Assembly: GCA_964512835.1 (NCBI GenBank) | Contig: CAZELA010000001.1 | Coordinates: 489,372 to 553,371 of the forward strand | Direction of reading: 5' to 3' | Origin: an uncultured Candidatus Saccharibacteria bacterium | GTDB taxonomy: Bacteria > Patescibacteriota > Minisyncoccia > Phycocordibacterales > UBA2100 | Length of the DNA stretch: 64,000 bases | Shown: positions 55,765 to 64,000 of the stretch, in pieces | Numbering within the stretch: the first letter of the stretch is position 1 | How the letters are laid out: every line of letters starts with the position of its first letter | Translations under genes and position numbers: made by a program | The notes under the pieces: model-generated | Told to the model about the DNA's origin: nothing | The model's input: the letters and a program-made list of their open reading frames with translations, nothing else | Database searches by the model: none

Positions 55765-56620
55765 ATTCGTCTTTTTCGGGACCGGACAAATCGCACAGTA
55801 CGTCCTCGAGGAACTCATCAATTCAAAACTGTACCCGTCGCTCATCGTGACCGCGCCGGATAAACCGCAGGGACGCGGGCTATCGCTCGCCCCCTCGCCG
55901 GTCGGCATCCTTGCTGAAAATTTGGCCATTCCCACATTGAAGCCTGCAAAACTTGATGATGGCGCGATCGAATCACTGTCACGCGCGAACGGTGAACTCT
56001 TTGTCGTTGCGGATTACGGAGCACTGCTTCGCAAAGCGGTTCTCGATATACCGCCCAAAGGAACGCTCAATATGCACCCTTCACTGTTGCCGCGACTGCG
56101 AGGGCCTTCGCCTATCCGGTCTGCCATCCTCACCGACGAATCAAACACCGGTGTATCCATCATGCTGCTTGATGAACAGATGGACCACGGACCGGTACTT
56201 GCGCAGCGCAAGATCGCCGTCGAACCGTGGCCGCCGCGCGCCCTCTACTTAGAGGAACGTTTGGCCCGCGAAGGCGGGCGGTTATTGTCGGACATAATAC
56301 CGCTGTGGTTGAGTGACTCGATTGAGGCCCGCGAACAGAATCACGATATTGCCACCTACACAAAAAAATTCGACAAACAGGACGGACACGTCAATTTCAT
56401 GGACGATGCCCGGACAAATTTACTGAAGATCCGCGCCTACGAAGGTTGGCCGACCGCGTACGCATTTTTTGAACGCGGAGGTAAACGACTACGGGTGCAA
56501 CTGCTCGATGCACATATCGATCGCGACATCCTGGTGCTTGATGTTGTTAAGCCCGAGGGAAAACAGGCTATGCCCTATTCTGAGTTTGTGCGCTCCGGCG
56601 CAACGCCGGTAATGGAGTAA
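55742..56620 (+). CDS. fmt: methionyl-tRNA formyltransferase
   Basis: N-terminal formyltransferase fold (FVFFGTGQIA, NMHPSLLPRLRG) and a C-terminal domain; overlaps the def stop. Confidence 0.85.
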   Translation: MMNMSAPKFVFFGTGQIAQYVLEELINSKLYPSLIVTAPDKPQGRGLSLAPSPVGILAENLAIPTLKPAKLDDGAIESLSRANGELFVVADYGALLRKAVLDIPPKGTLNMHPSLLPRLRGPSPIRSAILTDESNTGVSIMLLDEQMDHGPVLAQRKIAVEPWPPRALYLEERLAREGGRLLSDIIPLWLSDSIEAREQNHDIATYTKKFDKQDGHVNFMDDARTNLLKIRAYEGWPTAYAFFERGGKRLRVQLLDAHIDRDILVLDVVKPEGKQAMPYSEFVRSGATPVME

Positions 56621-56989
56621 CTAGCGACCGGCCTTCAGTGCACGCTTTACTAAAGCGCCGTCTTTTTTAGCGCTCGATCGCATGACGGTCTTTTGCTTTC
56701 GGAGCTGTTTTGCAGCCTCGGCTTTCGCGTTATCGATTGCGGCATTGATCGTTGCCTCGTTGTTGACCGCGCGTACCAGTTTTCGGCGCGGCGCACGAAT
56801 CGTAAACTCTGCAAAATAGAGATGATCTCCATGACGAGGGCGTCCGGCCGCGCGCCCGAGCTCCACTTCACACTGAGAGACTGCCGCATCGGAGCCCAGC
56901 AGCTTTTCAAGTGCGGCTATACGCACATTCAGGTACTTTTTGACTGCAGCGGAGAGTTCGAAGTCCTTGGTTTTGATTCGAACGTTCAT
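56621..56989 (-). CDS. hpf: ribosome hibernation promoting factor / RaiA (YfiA) family
   Basis: MNVRIKTKDFELSAAVKKYLNVRIAALEKL is the sigma-54 modulation protein fold signature. Confidence 0.75.
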   Translation of the reverse strand: MNVRIKTKDFELSAAVKKYLNVRIAALEKLLGSDAAVSQCEVELGRAAGRPRHGDHLYFAEFTIRAPRRKLVRAVNNEATINAAIDNAKAEAAKQLRKQKTVMRSSAKKDGALVKRALKAGR

Positions 56990-57075
56990 ATATTGATTGT
57001 ACACCCCACCGGGGTGTACGCCACATGAACGGCCCGTCGGATAACTCCGACGGGCCTCGAATGAACATACGACTG

Positions 57076-57513
57076 CTATGTGAACCAGAGTCCGCTGAGC
57101 CGGTACCGCTCTCCGCGGTACTCATCGCTATAGACCGGCGTCAGAAACCCTTCCGTATCGATAAGCGGAATCGTCCATTTGCTGAACGTCCCGTCATCAA
57201 CAACCTCGATCACCCCTTTCGCTTCCTTGATAGGAATGACCGGTACGACAAAAAGCCGCTCCGGAGACAAGAGCTTTTTGCTCGGGTGCAGAATGGCGCC
57301 GTAGACGGCAAAGTGCTTGTCGGTTTTGCCGAGCTGATAAACACCGGGCGGAACAAACATCGCTATCTCGAGTCGCGCGGCGTGTGCATCGTGCCTTCGC
57401 CGCTCGACCCGAGCTTTGTGGTATGCGCGGACGAGTTCGGTACAATCCTTCAGTCGTTTGACGAGTTCGTCGATCGACTTGTCCGGCTGTTTCCGGATCG
57501 GACGGATTTTCAT
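57076..57513 (-). CDS. hypothetical protein
   Basis: 145-aa ORF. Confidence 0.4.
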   Translation of the reverse strand: MKIRPIRKQPDKSIDELVKRLKDCTELVRAYHKARVERRRHDAHAARLEIAMFVPPGVYQLGKTDKHFAVYGAILHPSKKLLSPERLFVVPVIPIKEAKGVIEVVDDGTFSKWTIPLIDTEGFLTPVYSDEYRGERYRLSGLWFT

Positions 57514-57584
57514 TTCGCTTCGTTTCCTTTCGTTGCAGTCCTCTCTGTATATACGACACGAAGCCGCGACTGTCGAACTGTGGA

Positions 57585-58226
57585 TTACTGTGCACTACGC
57601 TCGTACGTTGCCATGAGCGTCGCATGCGAGAGCTCGTGGCCCTGCATCGCACGCCTGATCTCGGACACCGACGCCCCTTCGGGCAAATCGAGTGTCGCAT
57701 CGAGTGCGTAGACATCGAAGTAGTAGTGGTGCAGCGACGGCTCACGGCCTCGCGGCGGGCATGGTCCGATATATCCCGCTACACCGTTGCCGGTCGATCC
57801 TTGCACACCGATAACCTCTCCGGTCTCAATCGCTTTTGTTGTCGGCGGGATATCAAATACGGTCCAGTGAAGGAACGTGCCGTCTGCTTTCAGATCCGTC
57901 GGAATGTCGCGATCTTCCATAATCAGCACAAGGGAATGTGCGTCGTCCGGCACTCCCGAAAACGTAAGCGGCGGTGAGACCTGCTTTGCATCACAGGTAT
58001 ACATGACCGGGATCATGTCACCGCTCCCAAAGGCACTGCTTGATACGGTGAAGCCGCGCGCGACTGTCGATGTCGCATCATCCGCGGCAGGCTGAGTATC
58101 GAGATACAGCGTGAACCGGTGCGACACATACAAATATCCGACGATACTTATGGCGAGCACCCATAAAACAGCGAGTAAAATATAGATATGTTTCGGTTGC
58201 TGTACTGGTGCTGGTCCTCCGGCCAT
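57585..58226 (-). CDS. YbhB/YbcL (PEBP/Raf-kinase-inhibitor-like) family protein, membrane-anchored
   Basis: HHYYFDVYALD and GPCPP motifs. Confidence 0.65.
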   Translation of the reverse strand: MAGGPAPVQQPKHIYILLAVLWVLAISIVGYLYVSHRFTLYLDTQPAADDATSTVARGFTVSSSAFGSGDMIPVMYTCDAKQVSPPLTFSGVPDDAHSLVLIMEDRDIPTDLKADGTFLHWTVFDIPPTTKAIETGEVIGVQGSTGNGVAGYIGPCPPRGREPSLHHYYFDVYALDATLDLPEGASVSEIRRAMQGHELSHATLMATYERSAQ

Positions 58227-58229
58227 ACG

Positions 58230-59669
58230 TTAGTGCGTTACCGCAGAGCGTTTGGGCGCGTTTGATGATGCCCTAAAGAACAATGCGCACAGTGCGGCAA
58301 GGAGCGACGATCCTGCGCCAATGAGAAATGCGATCTGGTAGCCGCTATTGAGTGCCGCGAGCGGATCAATACCCGCGGCGGTCATGCCCGCCGTACGTGC
58401 GGCGGCAATCGAGGCCAAGATCGCAAGTCCGAGCGCGCCGCCCATCATGAACGACGTATTGAGCACACCGGATGCGAGCCCCGATTCATGTTCAGGAACC
58501 TCGCTCGTCGCGGCAAGCAAGAGCGGATTGAACGCCATCCCCGCACCGACACCGAGGCAGAGCATGCCTGGAAACACATTGATCCAGTACGCGCCGTTTA
58601 CCGGTGCGAATCCGAATGACAATAGTCCGGCGCCGACGAGCAGCATCCCTATGGCAAGCGGTCCGCGATTACCGAATCGCATAACAATCATTGCGGAGAG
58701 CCCGAGCGAGAACGCGGCCATGATTACATTCGCCGGCAGAAATGCGAGTCCCACCTGGAGCGGATCGTATTTGAGAATAAGTTGCAGGTACAAGGCTGAT
58801 ATAAAAAAGGATGCAAACATTGCCGCCGACCACAGAATCCCGACCGCGCTTGCGATCACGATATTTCTGTCGCGGAAGATATGCATCGGTACAAGCGGCG
58901 CACGCACGCGACCTTCTACGACGAGGAATGAGACCAGCAGGGCAACCGCGCCCGCAAAAAGCCCGAGCGTTCGCGGCGAAAGCCATCCTGCCGCATTGCC
59001 GCCCACAATGCCGTAGACTGCGAGCATAAGCGAAGACGTAATAAGTATCGCTCCCGTCACGTCGAGCGCATTGTGCTCCTGTTCGGCATGGTGATGCGGA
59101 AGGTACGCTCGACTGAGCAGAAATACCCCGATGCCGATCGGCAGATTCACGAGAAAGTTCCAGTGCCAATCGAATGAGTTCGTCAGAAATCCGCCGACGA
59201 GGACCCCGATTGCTCCCCCGCCGGCCGCGACGAATCCGAACAGTCCCATCGCGCGGGCTCGCTCAGCGGGCTCCGTAAAAATAGTAATGATGAGAGAAAA
59301 CGCGACAGCGGACACGATCGCACCGCCGAAACCCTGCAGCGCACGCGCAACGACCAATAACCACTGCGTCTGAGCGATGCCGCACAACAGCGAGGCGAGC
59401 GTGAACACGACAATCCCCGCGAGGAATATGCGGCGGTGTCCGAAGAGATCGCCGAGGCGTCCGCCGAGCAAGAGAAATCCGCTGAACGTCAGGAGATATG
59501 CATTCACCACCCATACGAGCGATGTTTCGGTAAAGCCAAGGTCGGTACGGATAGAGGGCAACGCAACATTCACGATCGTCGTATCAAGAACGATCATAAG
59601 ATCTCCCAAACACAGTACTATGAGCGCAATCCAGCGTGCGCGACCTTCCAACGACGTCATAGGATGCAA
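58230..59669 (-). CDS. MFS transporter, 14-TM DHA2 (EmrB/QacA-like)
   Basis: 479 aa with the LGGRLGDLFGHRR motif A and 14 hydrophobic segments. Confidence 0.8.
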   Translation of the reverse strand: MHPMTSLEGRARWIALIVLCLGDLMIVLDTTIVNVALPSIRTDLGFTETSLVWVVNAYLLTFSGFLLLGGRLGDLFGHRRIFLAGIVVFTLASLLCGIAQTQWLLVVARALQGFGGAIVSAVAFSLIITIFTEPAERARAMGLFGFVAAGGGAIGVLVGGFLTNSFDWHWNFLVNLPIGIGVFLLSRAYLPHHHAEQEHNALDVTGAILITSSLMLAVYGIVGGNAAGWLSPRTLGLFAGAVALLVSFLVVEGRVRAPLVPMHIFRDRNIVIASAVGILWSAAMFASFFISALYLQLILKYDPLQVGLAFLPANVIMAAFSLGLSAMIVMRFGNRGPLAIGMLLVGAGLLSFGFAPVNGAYWINVFPGMLCLGVGAGMAFNPLLLAATSEVPEHESGLASGVLNTSFMMGGALGLAILASIAAARTAGMTAAGIDPLAALNSGYQIAFLIGAGSSLLAALCALFFRASSNAPKRSAVTH

Positions 59670-59744
59670 GGATACCGAATGATGGGTACGAAAGATAGAT
59701 GGGTTCTGTATATAGCATGAGACGCATGATGGTAGGATGGGCCG

Positions 59745-60314
59745 ATGTTTACCAGAGGGTTCTTTATCTCAATCGCGATCGAGTTCGGTCCCGTGCTGAT
59801 ATTTTTTGCGATAGCGCGCACCTACGGCATTCTTGCGGGCACCGCATCACTCGTGATCACAACGATCGGAGCGCTTATCTGGTCCTTGAAGCGCGACAAC
59901 AGAATTCCGTTATTCTCGGTTATTTCGAGCACCTTTGTACTGGTGTGCGGCGGTGCCACGCTCATATCGCGTGATCCGTACTGGGTCGTCCTCGAGTACA
60001 CCGTATACAACGGATCATTCGGCGCAGTACTTCTGTTCGGATATATCTATGGTCACGGTTTGTTAAAACAATTGTTCGGCACGATGTTCCATATCAGCGA
60101 CCGCGGCTGGAAGATACTATCGCTGCGGTGGTCATTCTTTTTCCTCGCGGTCGCATTCGGCAATGAGTATGTGTGGCGTGCGTACGGCGAAGACCCGTGG
60201 GTACACTACCGTTTGCTTGCCGCCGCATTCCTGTGTCTGTTCGGTTTTTCCCAGTTCTTCTTGGCGCGTCGACATCGTCTGCCGGATGCTTCGCGCTGGG
60301 GTTTGCGCATATAA
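59745..60314 (+). CDS. YciB/IspZ-like intracellular septation membrane protein (tentative)
   Basis: 189 aa with 5 TM; loose similarity to the YciB family. Confidence 0.4.
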   Translation: MFTRGFFISIAIEFGPVLIFFAIARTYGILAGTASLVITTIGALIWSLKRDNRIPLFSVISSTFVLVCGGATLISRDPYWVVLEYTVYNGSFGAVLLFGYIYGHGLLKQLFGTMFHISDRGWKILSLRWSFFFLAVAFGNEYVWRAYGEDPWVHYRLLAAAFLCLFGFSQFFLARRHRLPDASRWGLRI

Positions 60315-60360
60315 AATAGCAGGGCTGCTCGCCCTGCTCTTTCAAGAATACGGGAAACGT

Positions 60361-60681
60361 TTATTTACCTTCAATGCGACCTTCCATACCCATTCGAGCC
60401 ATCATGTGATTGAGCGGGAGTACTACAAAGAAGTACACCGACGCCGCGATTACCACGAACGAAATCAGTGCATTCAGGAAGCTGCCGTACATGATCTGAC
60501 TACCGTTAATGGTGAATGCGAGCGCGCCGAAATCCGGCTGCTTGAAGAGCGCGGCGATCAGCGGTGTAATGATGTCTTTCACGAGCGATGTGACGACCGT
60601 ACCAAACGCGGCACCGATCACGACGCCGACCGCGAGGTCCACGACATTGCCGCGCATAACAAACGTTTTAAATCCGTTCAT
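60361..60681 (-). CDS. mscL: large-conductance mechanosensitive channel
   Basis: MNGFKTFVMRGNVVDLAVGVVIGAAFG TM1 signature; 106 aa. Confidence 0.85.
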   Translation of the reverse strand: MNGFKTFVMRGNVVDLAVGVVIGAAFGTVVTSLVKDIITPLIAALFKQPDFGALAFTINGSQIMYGSFLNALISFVVIAASVYFFVVLPLNHMMARMGMEGRIEGK

Positions 60682-60730
60682 ACAGAATAAGCGTTACCTT
60701 TTATATGATGAAGTGTACACCCACCCCGAA

Positions 60731-61966
60731 CTATTCGGACATGCTGCGTACTGCAAATCGCGCACTCTCGAGCGCCCCCTCAACAGTTGCCGCCGCATCG
60801 TGTGTGAGTGCCTCCCCCGCAAAATAGAGCCTGCCGTTCTCCGGCGTCATCAGCTCATCAACCGCAGCTTCACTTTCGGGAGTCGGGTAGCTGTAGCCCC
60901 CGCGCGCATACGGGTCGCTCTCCCAGACGAAGGCTTTCCCCGTCACGAGCATTGCTCGCAGTCTCGCTACGTCGACGGCAAAAATATTCGCGAGCGACTC
61001 GATCGCGAGCGATACGAGATCGTCTTCACTCTTGTGCGCGTAGGAATGCGCTTTCGGGCCGGCAAGCCAGCCGGTCAGCACGGGATACTCATCGGGATAC
61101 TGCGTCCACCATGTCGGGATGATTTCTTTTGAGAACATGAAAAACAGACGCTCAAACTGTTTTTCGCGGATGCTCACCCACCACTTATGGTCAAACCGCA
61201 AAAGGATTTTGATCACATTGCCGAAGCCCAACTGTGTCGCAGCTGCAATCTTGCGCGGGACTGCCGGGATGTATTCGATCGTCGAAATGAGAGGGACCGG
61301 AACCGTCACGAGCACCCTATCAGCCTCGTATGTTCCAACGGACGTGCGAACGTGTACTGATTCCCCCGAAAAATTGATCTGATGTACGACTTCGTTTAAT
61401 CGAATGTCCGCGTTCAGCGCCGCAGTGAGATGTCGCAAAAAAGCGCCGTACCCCTCCTTAATGGAGTACTGCGAATATTCTTCGTCGTGGATCATTTCGT
61501 CGCGCATGTATATCGCACTCGCGCGATGCACTTCTCCCGCATCGTACGATTCTGTCCACCGCGTTGCGAACTCCCGAACAGACGCGTTATCGGGAAAATA
61601 CGCATCGAGAAATGCGGCGACTGTCATATCGCTCTCCAATGAACGTAACGCATCAAGCAGCATCGGCGCGGAACCTTCCCAAATATTCCGGCGAGACGGT
61701 TCGCCGTCAAATACATTCCACCACTCGGTACCTTGCTGGAGTGTGAGACCGGCTTCTTCTATAAGAGACTTAGATATCGGCGCAGCGCCGTGCACGAATT
61801 CTGCTCCTCCCATCGCTTCATATCCGAAAACATCCGGCGACTGAGGGTAAATGCGACCGCCGATACGATCACGGGCTTCGAGAACGGTGACCTCGTGCCT
61901 CGCTCGCGAGAGATCTCTCGCCGCCATGAGACCCGCAGCACCCGCCCCTACCACAATGACTTTCAT
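60731..61966 (-). CDS. FAD-dependent amine oxidase family oxidoreductase
   Basis: KVIVVGAGAAGLMAARDL...VLEARDRIGGRI dinucleotide-binding motif, with a C-terminal YFAGEAL flavin-amine-oxidase signature. Confidence 0.7.
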   Translation of the reverse strand: MKVIVVGAGAAGLMAARDLSRARHEVTVLEARDRIGGRIYPQSPDVFGYEAMGGAEFVHGAAPISKSLIEEAGLTLQQGTEWWNVFDGEPSRRNIWEGSAPMLLDALRSLESDMTVAAFLDAYFPDNASVREFATRWTESYDAGEVHRASAIYMRDEMIHDEEYSQYSIKEGYGAFLRHLTAALNADIRLNEVVHQINFSGESVHVRTSVGTYEADRVLVTVPVPLISTIEYIPAVPRKIAAATQLGFGNVIKILLRFDHKWWVSIREKQFERLFFMFSKEIIPTWWTQYPDEYPVLTGWLAGPKAHSYAHKSEDDLVSLAIESLANIFAVDVARLRAMLVTGKAFVWESDPYARGGYSYPTPESEAAVDELMTPENGRLYFAGEALTHDAAATVEGALESARFAVRSMSE

Positions 61967-62031
61967 CGCAGGATTATACCTGTTTATATAGAAACAGCCC
62001 CGTCGAAACGGGGCTGCAAGAGTATGAATGA

Positions 62032-62580
62032 TCACGAAGACGTCTCGGTTTGGACGCGTTTACGGTAGCGCGTCATCATGGCGCTTCGACCGCTGTCGCT
62101 TTTCGGCTTCTCGTCCTCCTGCCGTTTGACCTCGGCTTCGAAGCTCGCGCGCGTGACCACATCTTTGTACCGCTCTTCGAGCAGGCTTGCTTTCGCCGAA
62201 CCCGCCGCGGTAACGAAAAACGCCATGTCGCGAAGCATGCGCTCGCGATTCAGATCGCGTGCGAGATCGCAGCGAAGCACAAAGAGCTTCGGCGAGCTTT
62301 CGAGCAGTGCATCGATGCGGAAGTCGCCCGTACCGACCTTATCGCAATGCATGAGCACAAGACTCTGCGTTCTTCGGTCCTTATAGAGGACCTTGCGTTG
62401 CTTGTCGGTGAGTATGTTGAGTCCGTGCAGGATCCTGACGATCTTATCGACCGTCGTGAATCCGGAGATGATCGGAGACGCGTGGTTCTCCCGCATCTTC
62501 TCGATCGCACGCTGCCACTGCCAGTGGAGAGCGAGCAGCATCAGATCTTCGAACACGTTCGGTGTGATGACGATCGACAT
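62032..62580 (-). CDS. hypothetical protein
   Basis: 182-aa ORF, probably in an operon with the amine oxidase (4-bp overlap). Confidence 0.4.
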   Translation of the reverse strand: MSIVITPNVFEDLMLLALHWQWQRAIEKMRENHASPIISGFTTVDKIVRILHGLNILTDKQRKVLYKDRRTQSLVLMHCDKVGTGDFRIDALLESSPKLFVLRCDLARDLNRERMLRDMAFFVTAAGSAKASLLEERYKDVVTRASFEAEVKRQEDEKPKSDSGRSAMMTRYRKRVQTETSS

Positions 62581-62674
62581 GGTTCCCCCAAAGTTGTCGG
62601 TTGAAGTTCTGCACAGATTATATAATTATTTTGCATTTCGTCAACTATCCGCGGGAACACGCTATAGTTGCATT

Positions 62675-63895
62675 ATGAACACGATTGAGGCGAAGTGTGT
62701 TATCGCAGGAGGAGGTCCTGCAGGCATGATGCTCGGGTACATGCTGGCGCGCGCCGGCATCGAAGTGCATGTGTTGGAAAAATGGCCGGATTTTTTCCGA
62801 GACTTCCGCGGGGACACGATCCATCCCTCGACGATGGAAATTCTGCACGAACTGGGCCTGCTCCAAGATTTTCTCAAGCTCCCCCACAACAAAACGCACA
62901 AGATGACAGGCTATTTCGCTGGATCACCGTATACCATCGCCGATATCACCCGCTTGAACGTGCGAGTGCCATACATCGCCTTTTTGCCGCAGTGGGACTT
63001 TTTGAATTTTCTAGCGAATGCTTCGCGGCATTTTCCGTCATTCCACCTCCATATGGAAACGGACGCAGTCGATCTGGTACGAGAGAACGGCCGCGTCGTC
63101 GGCGTCAAAGTGCAACATAAAGAAAAACAATTCGATATTCGTGCGGAACTCGTAATCGGAGCGGACGGTCGACATTCGATCGTCCGTGAAAAGCTCGGTC
63201 TTGAGATCGAGAACCTTGCCGTGCCGTTCGACGTACTGTGGTTCAAACTTGTGGCGATCGAAAAGGATCCGGAGCAGTCATTCGGCTATCTCAATCGAGG
63301 CAAAGCACTTGTAACCCTCGATCGCGGCGACTATTGGCAGTGCGGATTTCTGATACCGAAGGGTGCGTTCGACACGATACGGCAGGACGGGATCGACAAG
63401 TTCCGCGAGGAGATCGTTTTTTTGGCTCCACGTTTTGCGCAGTCCGTCGCGAAGCTTTCGTCATTCGACGAGGTAAAACTATTGAGCGTAACGCTCGATC
63501 ACGCGAAACAGTGGTACAAAAGCGGCGCACTCTGTATCGGGGATAGCGCGCATGCCATGTCGCCGCTCGGCGGGGTCGGTATAAACGTGGCGATCCATGA
63601 CGCGGTCGCGGCAGGCAATGTGCTGATTCGCGCGTTCCGTCGCGGCGTTCCGAACGATTCAGATCTTGCGGAAGTGCAGCGTCGTCGCGAACCCGCGGTA
63701 CGAAAGATGCAGCGTGTTCAGGCATTTCTACAAAACAACATTATGATCCCCTTCTTCCGCTCGAACAGCACCACGCATGTGCCGCTACCTATGCGAATTC
63801 TGAAGTGGTTTCCGTTTCTCCAGGCAGTACCAGCCCGATTTGTCGCGATCGGATTCGATCCGCAGCACGTGGAGAAGGACCTGTTCACTTCGTAA
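62675..63895 (+). CDS. FAD-dependent aromatic-ring monooxygenase (UbiH/PheA-like)
   Basis: CVIAGGGPAGMMLGYMLARAGIEVHVLEK GxGxxG motif, GADGRHSIVR and GDSAHAMSPLGGVGIN motifs. The true ATG is at 62675; the track ORF starts upstream in a non-coding region. Confidence 0.7.
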   Translation: MNTIEAKCVIAGGGPAGMMLGYMLARAGIEVHVLEKWPDFFRDFRGDTIHPSTMEILHELGLLQDFLKLPHNKTHKMTGYFAGSPYTIADITRLNVRVPYIAFLPQWDFLNFLANASRHFPSFHLHMETDAVDLVRENGRVVGVKVQHKEKQFDIRAELVIGADGRHSIVREKLGLEIENLAVPFDVLWFKLVAIEKDPEQSFGYLNRGKALVTLDRGDYWQCGFLIPKGAFDTIRQDGIDKFREEIVFLAPRFAQSVAKLSSFDEVKLLSVTLDHAKQWYKSGALCIGDSAHAMSPLGGVGINVAIHDAVAAGNVLIRAFRRGVPNDSDLAEVQRRREPAVRKMQRVQAFLQNNIMIPFFRSNSTTHVPLPMRILKWFPFLQAVPARFVAIGFDPQHVEKDLFTS

Positions 63896-64000
63896 GCGCT
63901 TCGCCGTTGGCGACCATCGGACTCACGACCGGCGGTTCGATCTGCGCGAGCCATTGCTCGGCCTGCTCACGGGTCTTAAAGAATGCGAGGTTGTCCCGCC
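63886..64000 (-). CDS. hypothetical protein, C-terminal 37 codons only (5' end beyond window)
   Basis: A stop-free frame from the window edge ends ...NLAFFKTREQAEQWLAQIEPPVVSPMVANGEALTK*, overlapping the monooxygenase stop. Confidence 0.3.

Overview
This is a 64 kb window from a high-GC bacterial chromosome (about 58-62% GC), most genes on the minus strand; nearly every call rests on motifs I recognised by eye, since no searches or folding programs could be run. Housekeeping content includes ahcY, a reduced dcw cluster (mraZ-rsmH-ftsL-ftsI-murF), a greA-mrdA-mreD-mreC-mreB cluster next to proS, rseP-frr-holB, def-fmt, hpf, mscL, a second standalone MreB paralog, two TspO paralogs, a hybrid histidine kinase, an MFS transporter and several oxidoreductases, including a lysyl-oxidase homolog with conserved LTQ cofactor residues. 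There are six tRNA genes: Glu-CTC, Ala-GGC, Val-CAC, Pro-CGG, Pro-GGG and Ala-CGC. The most notable features are four. (1) A roughly 3.6 kb low-GC island (about 11.58-15.22 kb) carries a translationally coupled operon of a classical AAA+ ATPase and a 746-aa S8 subtilase. This two-gene layout resembles the IetAS defense architecture, but I could not confirm homology and found no mobility genes. (2) A structured repeat element of about 100-135 bp sits in the 3' trailer of four of the six tRNA genes (Glu-CTC, Ala-GGC, Ala-CGC, Val-CAC), about 7 full or degenerate copies in total. Two of its hairpins keep their pairing through compensatory base changes between copies, and the terminator hairpin extends to absorb the tRNA 3' end. 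(3) A 37-bp quasi-palindromic operator sits at the promoter of an ArsR-family repressor gene. A second, orphan copy lies 16 kb away, positioned to drive a roughly 200-nt transcript with no convincing ORF that ends at a minus-oriented intrinsic terminator; this is a candidate repressor-controlled small RNA. (4) A 58-bp perfect direct repeat carrying an intrinsic terminator follows two consecutive minus-strand genes. Lesser observations are a duplicated 3' gene fragment, intragenic tandem repeats, a CAG-rich small ORF, an HD-GYP gene next to a P-loop-CYTH fusion, and an ArsR-led cluster of hypothetical genes. No CRISPR array, integrase, transposase, rRNA, RNase P RNA, tmRNA or SRP RNA was recognised.
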